From: Neocallimastix sp. 'constans'
Lineage: Eukaryota
Direction of reading: 5' to 3'
DNA length: 64,000 nt
Assembly (NCBI GenBank): GCA_050613775.1
Contig: JBODTK010000015.1
Span: forward strand, 1,240,001 to 1,304,000
Shown here: positions 16,593 through 29,182 of the stretch, in pieces
Position numbering within the stretch: the first letter of the stretch is position 1
How the letters are laid out: each line of letters begins with the position of its first letter
Made by a program: the position numbers and the translations under genes
The notes under the pieces: model-generated
The model's input: only the letters and a program-made list of their open reading frames with translations
Databases searched by the model: none
Told to the model about the DNA's origin: nothing

Positions 16593-17043
16593 TGTTATTA
16601 GAACAAAATATCCTATTCCTTTTTTTTTTTATTATTTTTATTAATCTAAAATCTGTGTCTGGTCTGCTTCTCTTCCCACCGAGAAGGAAGGTCAATATAT
16701 ACTCGGTTTTTACCACGTCCCCTAGAATATTTTACACCCTAAATTATTCTTGAAAATTTACTGAAATATTAACATGATTTTTTTTTTTTTTTTCACTAAT
16801 TGACCTATTTCACTACCTAATTAGTAACGATACTATTATTTTCACTATCACTAATATTAATAATATTCCTTTATTTTCATTATCACTAATATTAATAATA
16901 TTTCTATTTTCACTATCAATACTATTAATATATTCGTATTTTCACTATCACTAACATTAGTATATTCCGATTTAATATCACTAATAGTGACAAATTCCTT
17001 ATTTTCACTATCAATACTACTATTATTATCATTATAATTATTA

Positions 17044-17086
<43 letters not shown>

Positions 17087-18014
17087 AAATCAACAAACAT
17101 TATCAGCTATTCAATTGTTGTTATTATTAATTTTATTATAACCTTTCATTACTACTACTATTACTACTACTATTAGAATCCAATATATATATTTATTTCA
17201 TCATAAAGATATAAAGTAAATAAAGAATTTTAATATCCACATAATATTTTTTTTTTTTTTTTTTTTTTATTCGAAAATTCATGGTAAAAAAAAAAAAAAA
17301 AAAAAACAAGCAAGAAGGAAAGAACGAATGTTCTGGTTCTTGTTTCCAAATCCAAATCCAAATCCAATTGAGGAAATGACAATTTTTTTTTTTATATTTA
17401 TTATTTTTTATTTTTATTTTTTTTTTATTTTTTTATTTTTTTTATTTTTTTATTTTTTTATTTTTTTATTTTTTCATTTTTTTATTTTTTTTTTTTTATT
17501 TTTTATTTTTTATTTTTTCATTTTTTTATTTTTTTTTTATTTTTTATTTTTTTATTTTTCTATATAATAGTAAAAAGGATAAAATGTTTTTCTGGATGGT
17601 CTGGTCTGGTCTAGTCTGGTCTTCATTCATTTACTTAATCTTAATCATTTTTATTTATTTATTCCTAAATTGGTAGCTTTGGCGGAGATGGATGGACAAC
17701 CCTCCCATGAAATGGTCATGGTAAATTCCTTGGATTTATAGATTTATAGATTTATATCGACTTTTTTTTTATACAGTTTTATACAGTTTAAAAAAAAAAA
17801 AAAAAAAAAAAATTTATAATGTTACATTTACAGCTAGATTTTTTTTTTTTTTTTTATTTTTTATTACTTTTTTTTTTTTTATAGCCGCAATTATTCCAAA
17901 CTTTAATAATCATTATTTTATTTATTCATTTATTAATTACATTACATGAACATTTTTAATTTTTATAAAAATAAAAAATAAAAAATAAAAAACAAAAAAC
18001 AAAAAATAAAATAT

Positions 18015-18045
<31 letters not shown>

Positions 18046-19407
18046 TAAAAAAAGCACAGAATTAATAAAAATAAATAAATAAATAATATTTATCCAATTA
18101 GAACAACATAATAATAATATTTAAATTAGTTAACATGAAATAAAAAAAAAATAATAATAATAATATTCAAAAAATAAAAAAATAAAAAAAAAATTAAATG
18201 TATAAATAAAATCAGAAAGAAAGAAAGAAGTTCATAGGCAACGAACCTCATTTTCCTTATTCCTTATGAATTAATTAACTTTAAAAAAAAAAAAAAAAAA
18301 TTTTTTTTTTTTCCTCTCTCTCTCTCTCTCTCTTTCTCTCTTAACATTAACAAATTTTCATCTAATAATTAATAAATCTCTCTCAAAAAAGATTTTAATT
18401 TTTTTTTTTTTTTTATTTTTTCTATTCATATAAAGGATGTATATATTCTTTCAGTAATTCACTGAAGACCAAGAATGATAAAAGGACATTAAAAAAAAAA
18501 AAAAAAAAAAAAAAACTACTTCATACATAAGAATTAAGATAATAAAATAATAAAATAGTAATAATAATAATAGTAATAATAATAAAAACACTACTAAAAT
18601 GAATATAAAAAAAAAAATAAATCATAATATATATAGATTTATGTAGTTATGAAATTTTTTTTTAAAATAATAATAATAATAATAATAATATATATTTTTT
18701 ATTATTTATTATTTAATTATTATAATTATTATTATTATTATTAACTTTTTTTTTTTTTTCTACTATATATATATATATTTTTTTTTTTTTTCTATTTTAT
18801 TTTTATTTTATTTTATTTTATTTTAATTTTATTTTAATTTTATTTTATTTTTATTTTATTTTATTTTTTAATAATATTTTAGTTTGTATTAGTTTGTATA
18901 TTAAAAAATATATATACAAAACTAAATTATTAAAATTTAAAATTTTATTTGTAATGATTATATCGGTTGTCATTTTTGTATTGTGGCGTATAAAATTTTA
19001 TAAATAAAGCCATACATTTTTAAGATATTCCATACAATTATAAATAAATATATAAATAATTATTATTTCGAAAGAAATAATAATATTTTTTTTTCAATTA
19101 AATATATTTATTAAATAACTATTTCTATTTCAAAAGAAATAATAAATAGATTCTATTAAAAAAAAAAAAAAAGAATTATAAAAAATTATTTTTATTATGA
19201 AATATTAATAAATTATATATATGTATATATATAAAAAAGAATCTTTATAATTTATTTAATTATTAAAATAAACAAGCCACATATAAAATACGCCACGTTG
19301 TGAAAGGCACGATTGTGAAAGGTACTAGATTCACTATATCATCATCGTTTATCATTAAAATTCTACTTAACATCCTATATACTACCAATGTTCACAATAA
19401 CCATATA

Positions 19408-19455
<48 letters not shown>

Positions 19456-20085
19456 CGAGTAACGAGACAAGTTTTATTATACAATAATATTATTTTATTT
19501 ATTTTATATTATTTTTCTAATTTTTTTTTTTTTTCTTTCTTAACTAAAATTATAAAATTTAAATAATAATTTATATATTATAATAACAATTAATAAAAAT
19601 AATTTATAAAGAATATTTTTAAAAGTATATTATTATTATTATTTTTTTTTTATTTTTTATTTTTTATTTTTTATTTTTTTTTTTTCTTACTACTCCTTAT
19701 TTATTTTTATGTTAATAAAAGATTATAACAATAAAAGGAATCATACATCTTATTATATAGATATGGTTAATAATTTGACAATATATTTTTATCATTATAA
19801 TTGTTATTTGTTTATTTCATTATTAATATTATTAAGATTGTTATTTTTATAATTTCATTATTACTTTTCTTCTAATTGCTATTTCCTTCTTTTCATTATT
19901 ATTTTTCTTATAATTGTTGTTTTGTTTATTTTTATTTTATCAGATATCTTTATTATTTTTATATTATAATGGATAAATATATCTTTTTTTTTTTTTTTAT
20001 TTTTCAACATTTTAGTTAAAATGTTATTCCATTTTAATTAATTTAATTATTATTTTATTTATTTATTTATTCCTTATAAATAAAT

Positions 20086-20830
20086 TTAATTACAGAAATC
20101 TTTTATGAGTGGCATTAATTCTCCTTTTTTATGTTTGGCTTGTAACTTATCATTACCACCAATATGTTTACCACTAATAAATGTGTTTGGAACAGTTTTT
20201 TGATTTGTAATTTCGAAGAGATAGTCTTGAATTTGTCTTCCATTGTCTATTATTAATTAAACAACAATAATAATAATAATAATAATAATAATATAATTAT
20301 TATAATAATTATAACATAGAGAAATGAGTTTATATATGTTAAATAGAATTAAATATATATATATATATTATTATATAAATAATAATAACAATAAAAATAA
20401 ATATATAAATTCAATTAAAAAAGTAATAAATATAATTTTTAATAGTATTAATAAATAAATAAATAAATAAAAATAAATAAATACCCATTTCATCAAGTTC
20501 AATAGCTTTGTATTTACAGTTTAAACGATCCAATAATTCTTTGGTACGGTCACAGTAACTATAGAATTATTATTTTTTTTTTTTTTTTTTTTTTTTTTGA
20601 AAGGAATTGTAATATACATATATAGTCATTTTTATTTGAATAGAAAATTTTAAGATTGTTAAACAAAAGTATAATCATATAAAGTAAAAAAGTTAATATG
20701 ATCCTTTTTTTTTTTTTTTCATTATAAAGTTATCTTATTATTTGTATTAAACTTACGGACAATAGGTTTTACTGAAAACCATAACATTTTCATTCTTAAT
20801 TAAATCATCAACGTAAGCTTTAACAGACAT
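20086..20830 (-). CDS. GRX: Dithiol glutaredoxin (CPYC), 3 exons: 20830-20757, 20558-20485, 20246-20086
   Basis: Manual splicing at GT..AG sites gives MSVKAYVDDLIKNENVMVFSKTYCPYCDRTKELLDRLNCKYKAIELDEMDNGRQIQDYLFEITNQKTVPNTFISGKHIGGNDKLQAKHKKGELMPLIKDFCN*. It has the FSKTYCPYC active site and the TVP and GG-D glutathione-binding motifs. Absent from the ORF track. Confidence 0.95.
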
Positions 20831-21337
20831 CTTGTTACTTTATATAAAAGTATTATTATTATTTTTTTTTTTCTTTAAATTTATATTTAAATATAATAAA
20901 AAAAATATGAAAATAAAAAAAAATTTTTTTTTTTTTTTTTGTTAATATTTAATTATAATTTAATTTAATGTAATTTAATTTTTGGTAATAAATAAAAAAA
21001 AAAATGGCATGATAACTTAAATAAAAATTATTAATAAAAATAAATTAAAGTATAAAAGAGGTAGTACAAAATCTATCTTTTATGTTCTTTGTTGAAAGAT
21101 TATCGCACTCTAATATGTATTATGTAATAATCTATATAAAATTTTTATTAAATAAAAATAAATCATCACTTATTTTAGTTTATTGACTTTACTATATGGA
21201 ATATTACTATTAACCTATTGACCTTGTAATATTCTAAAATTTATTAATTTATTAAAGCAAATACAAACCTTAATTTGACATTTTTTTATATTTAAAAATA
21301 ATTAATATATCCATAAAAAAAAAAATAAAAATAATAA

Positions 21338-21368
<31 letters not shown>

Positions 21369-21369
21369 A

Positions 21370-21400
<31 letters not shown>

Positions 21401-21411
21401 TCATAGTAATA

Positions 21412-21449
<38 letters not shown>

Positions 21450-22668
21450 TAAGACTTTGGAATTTATGGTTAATAATTATGTCAATTTTATTATTATAAT
21501 TTATGATAAAAGGTTACTAGAATTTAATTATATAAAATGATATGCTTTCGTATTAGTATATTGTAGCTTATACATTATTTATACTACAATATGTTTTAAT
21601 ACATTTGAAGCTTTATTTTTTCACATATTTCATATATTCTAACATTCCGTAATGAATAAATTGGTTTACTGATGAATATGTATTTATAAAATTATCCTAT
21701 TTTTTAATATTAATTTGATATTATTAAACTATTATTCATTTCTATTATAAATTAGCCTTTTAATTTTACATAAATAAAATAATTTTACATTATATTAATA
21801 TTAATTCTATAATTCGATTTAAATAGTGTTAAAATAATTTCTTAAATATATTTATAATCTAATAATTTTCCCCCTAAAACAAAGTATTTAATATTATTAC
21901 ACAATTTTTTATATTAGATGTATCTAAAATATCTCTAATAATATATAATTTATATATACTATTCATATGATGGTAACCTTTCTCTCGAAGGGTGGTATTA
22001 TACCATCTTAATTTGGGTGAATACCACTTATATATTAGGTTTTATATCACATTCAGTAATAATTCACTTTGAAGGTAAGCGCTAACTTTTAATATATTTT
22101 CGCTTTGTAGTTTTAGCGATACCCACTAAAATAAATTGTTCATTGTTCATTATATATCAGTATTCTTGATAAATTATAATCTTGGGGTATTAAAATTAAT
22201 TATATTTACAACTAATTATATTATTCCAGTCCTTTAAACTTATTAGTAACTAATGTAAATTGTTTCATATAATTTAATAAGTTTGTAATATTTTAAGTTA
22301 AAATTTCTTCTTGTAGGCTAATTTTCAATAATTTTTCTCTATTTAGGCTATTTTTTATTTATTTCCAATAAAATAAATAAATAAATAAAAAAAAAAAGTA
22401 TGATTTTTAATAATCGGTACAAAGAATCCGTTAAGTAGCTTTTCTTTAATATTTTTAAAGTTCTTTTATTTTATTTTGTCTACTTCCCCCCCCCTAAAAT
22501 CTAAATTTAATCAATAAGTATTGTTTGTAGATGGAATAAACGTCATCTTTTTGTATATAGCTCATGGTTATTTTTTATTATTTTATTTATTATACCTTTC
22601 ATCATGTTTCATCATGAAGGAATGTATTATGATTATATTAAATTATCTAATTTTAAACCCATTTCAGG

Positions 22669-22898
22669 CTAGGTTTAACAATACTATTATTGTTAGAATG
22701 TACCTCATTTTACACTAGGTTTAACAATACTATTATTGCTAGAATGTACCTCATTTCACACTAGGTTTAATAATACTATTATTGTTAGAATGTACCTCAT
22801 TTTACACTAGGTTTAACAATACTATTATTGTTAGAATGTACCTCATTTTACACTAGGTTTAATAATACTATTATTGTTAGAATGTACCTCATTTCACG
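22669..22898. repeat. Tandem minisatellite, 5 x 46 bp
   Basis: Unit ctaggtttaa(c/t)aatactattattgttagaatgtacctcattt(t/c)aca starts at 22669, 22715, 22761, 22807 and 22853. Confidence 0.95.
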
Positions 22899-22999
22899 CA
22901 AGGAATTATCATTCTAATATATTTCTTTGAATATTTGGGATATTATATTTTGATTTATTTTGTATGGGATCCCAGCAATAATAATAAAACAAAAACAAT

Positions 23000-23044
<45 letters not shown>

Positions 23045-23046
<2 letters not shown>

Positions 23047-23214
23047 ATTTTTACAGTTCTTTCCTAACCAAGTCGAAAAAAAAAAACCCCTTTTAGATCT
23101 CATTTCATACTGACATAATAGGAAAACTAGAAATTTCGAATATTGATTTTTAATTATTATGGACACACCTTTCCTTGATGATTTTTCAAGAAAATGTTGG
23201 ATCGATCTACATAA

Positions 23215-23248
<34 letters not shown>

Positions 23249-24555
23249 AGCGATGGATACAATACTACTTCTGTTAACTTTCATAAATTCATTACAAATC
23301 ACAATTCCTTAAAACTAATTAATTTGAAATCCAGCGTACGGAATATATAAATCACAATCTTATTGACTATTTAAAATCTAATGGCAAAAATTTTATATAT
23401 TCTGTTCCTTGACTATCCTAGACAAAATGACAAAATGGTCGTGAGGACCATTTAAGCCCGAATTTTAAATTATTGTACTATTACCCCCACTCAATTCAGC
23501 TAAATTCTCTATTAAAGTTTTGGGATTCGACTATTTTATATGTTTCTTTTTTTTTTTTTTTTTTTTTTACTTTATTTAAATAATATTAATCCTCACCAAA
23601 GTATTGATAATAAAATTCCCTAATGAAAGGTCTTCTTTATCACGCCAAGTTGATATTTCACATTTAAAAATTTTTAGTTACAAAAACATTTTTTTCTATA
23701 ATAATTTCAAATCCAATAAATTTGATAATAATACTAAACCTTGGTATCTTTCTTGGTTATGACTAAATGACTATTTAGGTAATAAAATTTTAGATATTTC
23801 TACCAACTCTATTATCTCTACTAGGTATGTTTATTATATTAAAGACATGCCAGATACTATTAATGCTACTTCTTTTTTTTTTTTTTTTTTTTTCATGATA
23901 AATATATTGATACGATTATTAAATTTAGTTGTGTCAATAACCCTTTTAATTGAGGAGGAGGGGATTCTGATATTAATTCAAATTCTAACTTATTCTAATG
24001 ATAATCATAATTCTAACAATAATAATAACATTTACAATAAAAATCCAAAATTCTTAAAATAATTATTTAAATGAATATAATTCACAATTAAAAAAAAAAA
24101 AAAAAAACACTCAAATAATAAAATAAAAATTAATAATAATATTAAAAATAATAAAATTAATATAAACAACAATAGTTTTAATTATAACAATAATAATAAT
24201 AATTATAGTAATTATAATTATAATAATAATACTATTGATAATAGAAACGATATTTATATTCATAAAAAATGATAATTTCGAATAGCAATAGAAACAATAA
24301 TATTAATAATAATCAAAATAGTAATAAAAATAATAATAATAAAAGAAAAAGATGCATAAACAGTAATAGTGGTTATTCAGATAATGAACCTCTTGCACAA
24401 AGAAAATTAGAATTGGCAAATAACAATAAAAAAAAATTTTTTTTTTTTTTTTTTTTGAATAATAATATAAATATACCATATGCATATTCTCAAGTCATTA
24501 ATTCAGCACATGTTGAAAAAGAATGAAAAAATTGCTGTTAAAGAAGAACTTTTAA
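23045..24555 (+). mobile_element. Decayed Ty1/copia LTR-retrotransposon pol fragment (integrase core, SH3-like region, linker, start of RT)
   Basis: Across frameshifts: LDLI-HTDIIG, FLDDFSRKCWI, TEYINHNLIDYLKSNG...YPRQN, NKFDNNTK-GIFLGYD...KILDISTNSIISTRYVY and IPYAYSQVINS...KIAVKEEL. The order integrase then RT is copia-type. Many stops and homopolymer expansions; no LTRs identified. Confidence 0.85.
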
Positions 24556-24900
24556 GATCTATATAGCAATACTGTTAATACAGTTATGAAAAATAGTTAA
24601 TAATCCCATAAAAAATAAAAATTGTAAAATTATAAATATAATACTAATAATAATATTATATATAATACTAATAATAATAACAAATATTATTATTAAAAAA
24701 AAAAATATAATAATGGAAAGTTAATAGTCAAAATACTGTACATTATGATACAATTATAATTTTATGTATTAACAATATAAATAAAATTTTTATCTTATTT
24801 ATTTATTTTTTTTATTATACAATATTATTGATAATATACTTTTTTTTTATATATATATATATTTGAAAATGGACCAACTTTTTATATTTCATTTCTTCGG

Positions 24901-24938
<38 letters not shown>

Positions 24939-26006
24939 TCCATATCCTAAATTTTAATATAAATTTCAAGGTAGTCAGAAATTATAAATTATTTTTTATT
25001 ATATATCAAATCATAGATGTAATATTGCTATTATTGTTATTATTATATTATTATTATTATTATTATTTAACTTTGAAAATTTTATAAAAATATTATCAGA
25101 GATTAATATAATAATAATATTTATATATATACAATCATTATCCTTTTTTTTTTTTATTTATTCATTATCTTTGTTCTATAAAATAAATAATATTGATGTG
25201 GTTTTAATCAATTATCTGGTGAATTAATAAATAATACATAATAAATAATATATATATATATATATTTTAAAGTACATCTTTATAATATACAAAGTTTGCT
25301 CTTTATAAATATATATATATATATATTTATCATTAATATTTATTTTGAAAAAAAAAAAATAAAATAAAATAAATAATTTATAACATAATTTATAAAATAT
25401 TTTTAACAAAGTATTTAAAATTATTATTTTAATAATATAATATATATTCATAACATTTAATAGTAATTATTTTTTTTTTTAAAGGATATATTTCAATATT
25501 TTTAATATTAATGAATATCAAATATTATATGGTATTTTATAAAGAAATATTTTTTTAGTATTTTTGTAATTTTTTTTATTTTTATTTTTATATTTTATTT
25601 TATTTAATATATTCCATTTTTTTTTTTTTTTTTATTAATATTATTATTTTCATTAAAAATTCTATACTTAAATTATTTTAATTATATATCTTTAAACTTA
25701 TGAAATCGAAATAATATATATTAACTAATTATATATATTTTATAATAATTATTATAATAAAAATTCAGTAAATGATAATAGATAAATTGTAAATAAAAAA
25801 TAATATATTTATATAATATATGAATTATTACATTTATAATAATATTTAATAATTCATTTTACAATTATTTTTTTTCTTTTTTTTAAATATTTATGAATAA
25901 AAATTTTTTTATAAAAAAATTTTTGTAATAGTATTAAATTTTTTTTTTCCTATTCAGTAATACAGCTCCTTTTTTTTTTTTATTTTTTTACTTTCTCTTT
26001 TTTATT

Positions 26007-27824
26007 TTAATTTTTTATTGTAATTTCATATATATCTTGTTCATCAATACCTTCATTGCCTTCATTCAATGGTTTTAATTGTTCCATTGATGGGGCATTT
26101 TCAATGACTTCTTCACCAGCTAATTCTTCTAAAGTCTTACCCTTTGTTTCTGGAAGGAAAGTACTTACAATAAAACCTAATACCATCATGAAAGAAAGTA
26201 TACCAAAGAGTCCTTGAATAAAGTTATTTGAACCAGCTGGACCACCAATATCTTTAATGGCACTGAAAGAATGAGCTGCAATAATAGCACCTAATTTACC
26301 AGAGGCAGCAGATAAACCATGTGCGGTTGTACGGAAACGAGTTGGGAAAACTTCACTTGGAATGACAAAGGTTGTCATATTTGGACCAAAGTTGAAGAAG
26401 AATTGACAAATAATATAAATGATAAAGAATAAGGTCTTACTGTAATCAACAATCTTATGGAACCAAATAGCTATAACCGCAAGACAAATAGCAATGACAG
26501 CAAAACCTGTTAATTGGATTGGTTTACGACCAATTTTTTCAATTAAAAATACAGAAACCCAGTAACCTGGAACAGTACCAATTGCAGCAATAATTAAATT
26601 ACCAAGAGCCTTATTCCAAATAGAATCATAAGCTGTTTGATCTTCCTTATCACCAAAACCGATAGCTTCAAGAACAATAGATTGATTTAAGTTCAAACCG
26701 TAAAAGGCTAAATCTAATAAGAACCAAGAAAGTGCACAACCTAATAAAACTTTTCCATATCTCCATTGACCAAAATGAGCTTTAAATCCCTTCCAGGTGC
26801 TTCCTGCAACTTGTCCAGCAGCCGCTGGCTTTTCAACAGCACGAACAGCAATGGCTTCTTCAATTTCAGCAGTTTCTTCTGGAGTCTTCTTTGAACTTCC
26901 CATAGCAGCTTTAGCTGATTTAATACCAGCATCAATATCTCCTTTAACATCCATAGCGTAACGAGGAGTTTCTGGGAAGGTAACACGATAGTAAAGAGTA
27001 AAGATAGAAGGAACTGCACCCATAGCAATACAAATTCTCCATACGGTATCTAAGTGATCAACATTTTCTTCAATATGGCCCTTAAAGATAAGTAATAAGA
27101 CGACAGTGAGAACAGAGGCTAAAAGAATACCAACACCTTGCATAGCAAAGACAGAAGCAATCATAAAACCACGACGATTAACAGTAGCAAATTCAGAAGT
27201 AATAACCGCTGACATTGGATAATCTCCACCAATACCAACACCAAGGAAGAAACGCCAGATGGCAATCATGGTACAAATACCCCATCCCACTTTGGATGGA
27301 CCAGCTAAAGCGCAACCAATAGTAGATACAATTAAAATAACCATAACAATGGCGTAATTCTTCTTTCTACCCATTTTATCACCAAGTACACCAAAGAGTA
27401 ATTGACCAACAAGAGTACCCCAAGAAGCAGCACCTTTTGTCAAACCATCTGTAAGATTAGGAATATGATTTTTATGTTCACCATCAGCATAATATACATA
27501 TCCAATCCTATTTTTTTTTTTTATTTATTTATTTATTAAATTATATAATTATAATATAAAAAATAAAAAAAAATTTTTTATTAATATTTAAATTTTTTTT
27601 TAAATATTTATATATTATATTAAATATTATATAACAATAACTTACATTGGCATAACTAAATTAATAATGAAGATATCATATGCATCTGTAAAGAAACCAC
27701 AACCAGAAATAAGAATAGCTTTAATGTGGAACCAAGAAAGTCTGGCTTCATCTAAAGAGGCAAGTGCGGTAATTTTATCACCAGCATCTGGTTCATTCAT
27801 AACATTTTTTCCTTTTTTAGACAT
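26007..27824 (-). CDS. PHO84: MFS inorganic phosphate:H+ symporter (PHO84/PHT1 family), 2 exons: 27824-27646, 27507-26007
   Basis: Motifs GFFTDAYDIF, LGDKMGRK, GVGIGGDYPMSAVITSE, PETPRY, FFFNFGPN, EVFPTRFRTTAHGLSAASGK and PETKGKTLEEL. The intron 27645-27508 (GTAAG...TAG) joins the two track ORFs in frame. Confidence 0.96.
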
Positions 27825-28099
27825 TTTTTTTATATTCTACTTTTCTTCCTTTATAAAAATTAAAAAAAATCTATCTATTTACTATATATATACAACGATT
27901 TATTATTATAATTTCTTTATTTCTATAACAAAATTAAATTCTGCTTTATTTATTATTATGTTCTAATAATATCCTAAAGTATTTATAATTTTTTATAGTA
28001 AAAAAAAACTTTAATTTATATACTTATTACAATTTTTTGTAATAATGAAATAAAAATATTTTAGAAAAAAGTTCAATCTTTTATAGACAAATCTTTCCA

Positions 28100-28194
<95 letters not shown>

Positions 28195-29149
28195 TTATTT
28201 ATTAAATTAAATTATAAAAATAAAATATATTATTATGGAATAATACAAATTATTAATTTATTTTATTAAAAATTAGCTATAATTTAAAGTTAATAATATG
28301 AAAAATTAAATATATCATAAATTAAGAGTGTAGAATAATTTAAATTATACAATATATTATTAAATATATAATAATTAATTATTTATTTATATAAATTTAT
28401 ATAAACTTAACATACACATTTATATTAATAAACAATATTTTTACAAAAAATAATATAAATATATATATATATATAAAAAACTATATATTATAAGCTATTA
28501 ATTATTAATTATATTACTTTTTTTTTTTTTTTATTAGTACTTTAAATAACTTTGAAATATAAACTAAAATTTTTATTTAAGATGATATTACTATATTATA
28601 ATTTTTGATATACTTTTTATTGGGATTATTTCAATAATTCAATATATAATTATTTGAATTTTATTTTATATTATTAATATTATATATAATGTCTTTAGGA
28701 ATTATTACTAATTAATTAGTCATATTTGTTAACTTAAAAATAAAATTTTATTTTAATAAATAAAACTTATATCATGTATAATATTTTAAAACTCTTATTA
28801 TCATAAGATCCTACGAAAAAGAAAAAAAGAAAAATAAAATAAAAAAAAAAATAAGAAAAAAAAAAAATAAGAAAAAAAAAATAAGAAAAAAAAATAGGAA
28901 AATAATAAAAGAAAATACTAATAAATATTTCTTGTTAACTGAAAAATTAAATATTAAATTTATACTATTACATTTGCTTATATATTATTTAATATTATAT
29001 ACTCAATATTTATATTATATTATATTATATTTAACCATTTTTATTTATTTTTTTTATTTTATTTTATTTTATTATTAATGATTTTAATTTTCGAAAATTT
29101 ATAGTTTTATTATAAATAAATATTTAGGGTTTTTTAATCTTTTTCCTTT

Positions 29150-29182
<33 letters not shown>

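Noticed and set aside
1281..19566. Short ORFs rich in I/Y/F/L/K/N in the supplied track (e.g. 7098-7784, 14754-15170, 17328-17567, 19300-19566)
   Set aside because: They are translations of microsatellites and homopolymer runs, with no domain motifs or splice support.
22669..22898. CRISPR-like array (palindromic repeats)
   Set aside because: Units are head-to-tail with no unique spacers, there are no cas genes, and the context is eukaryotic.
26741..27966. ORFs 26741-27028 (-) and 27667-27966 (+)
   Set aside because: Alternative-frame or antisense shadows of PHO84.
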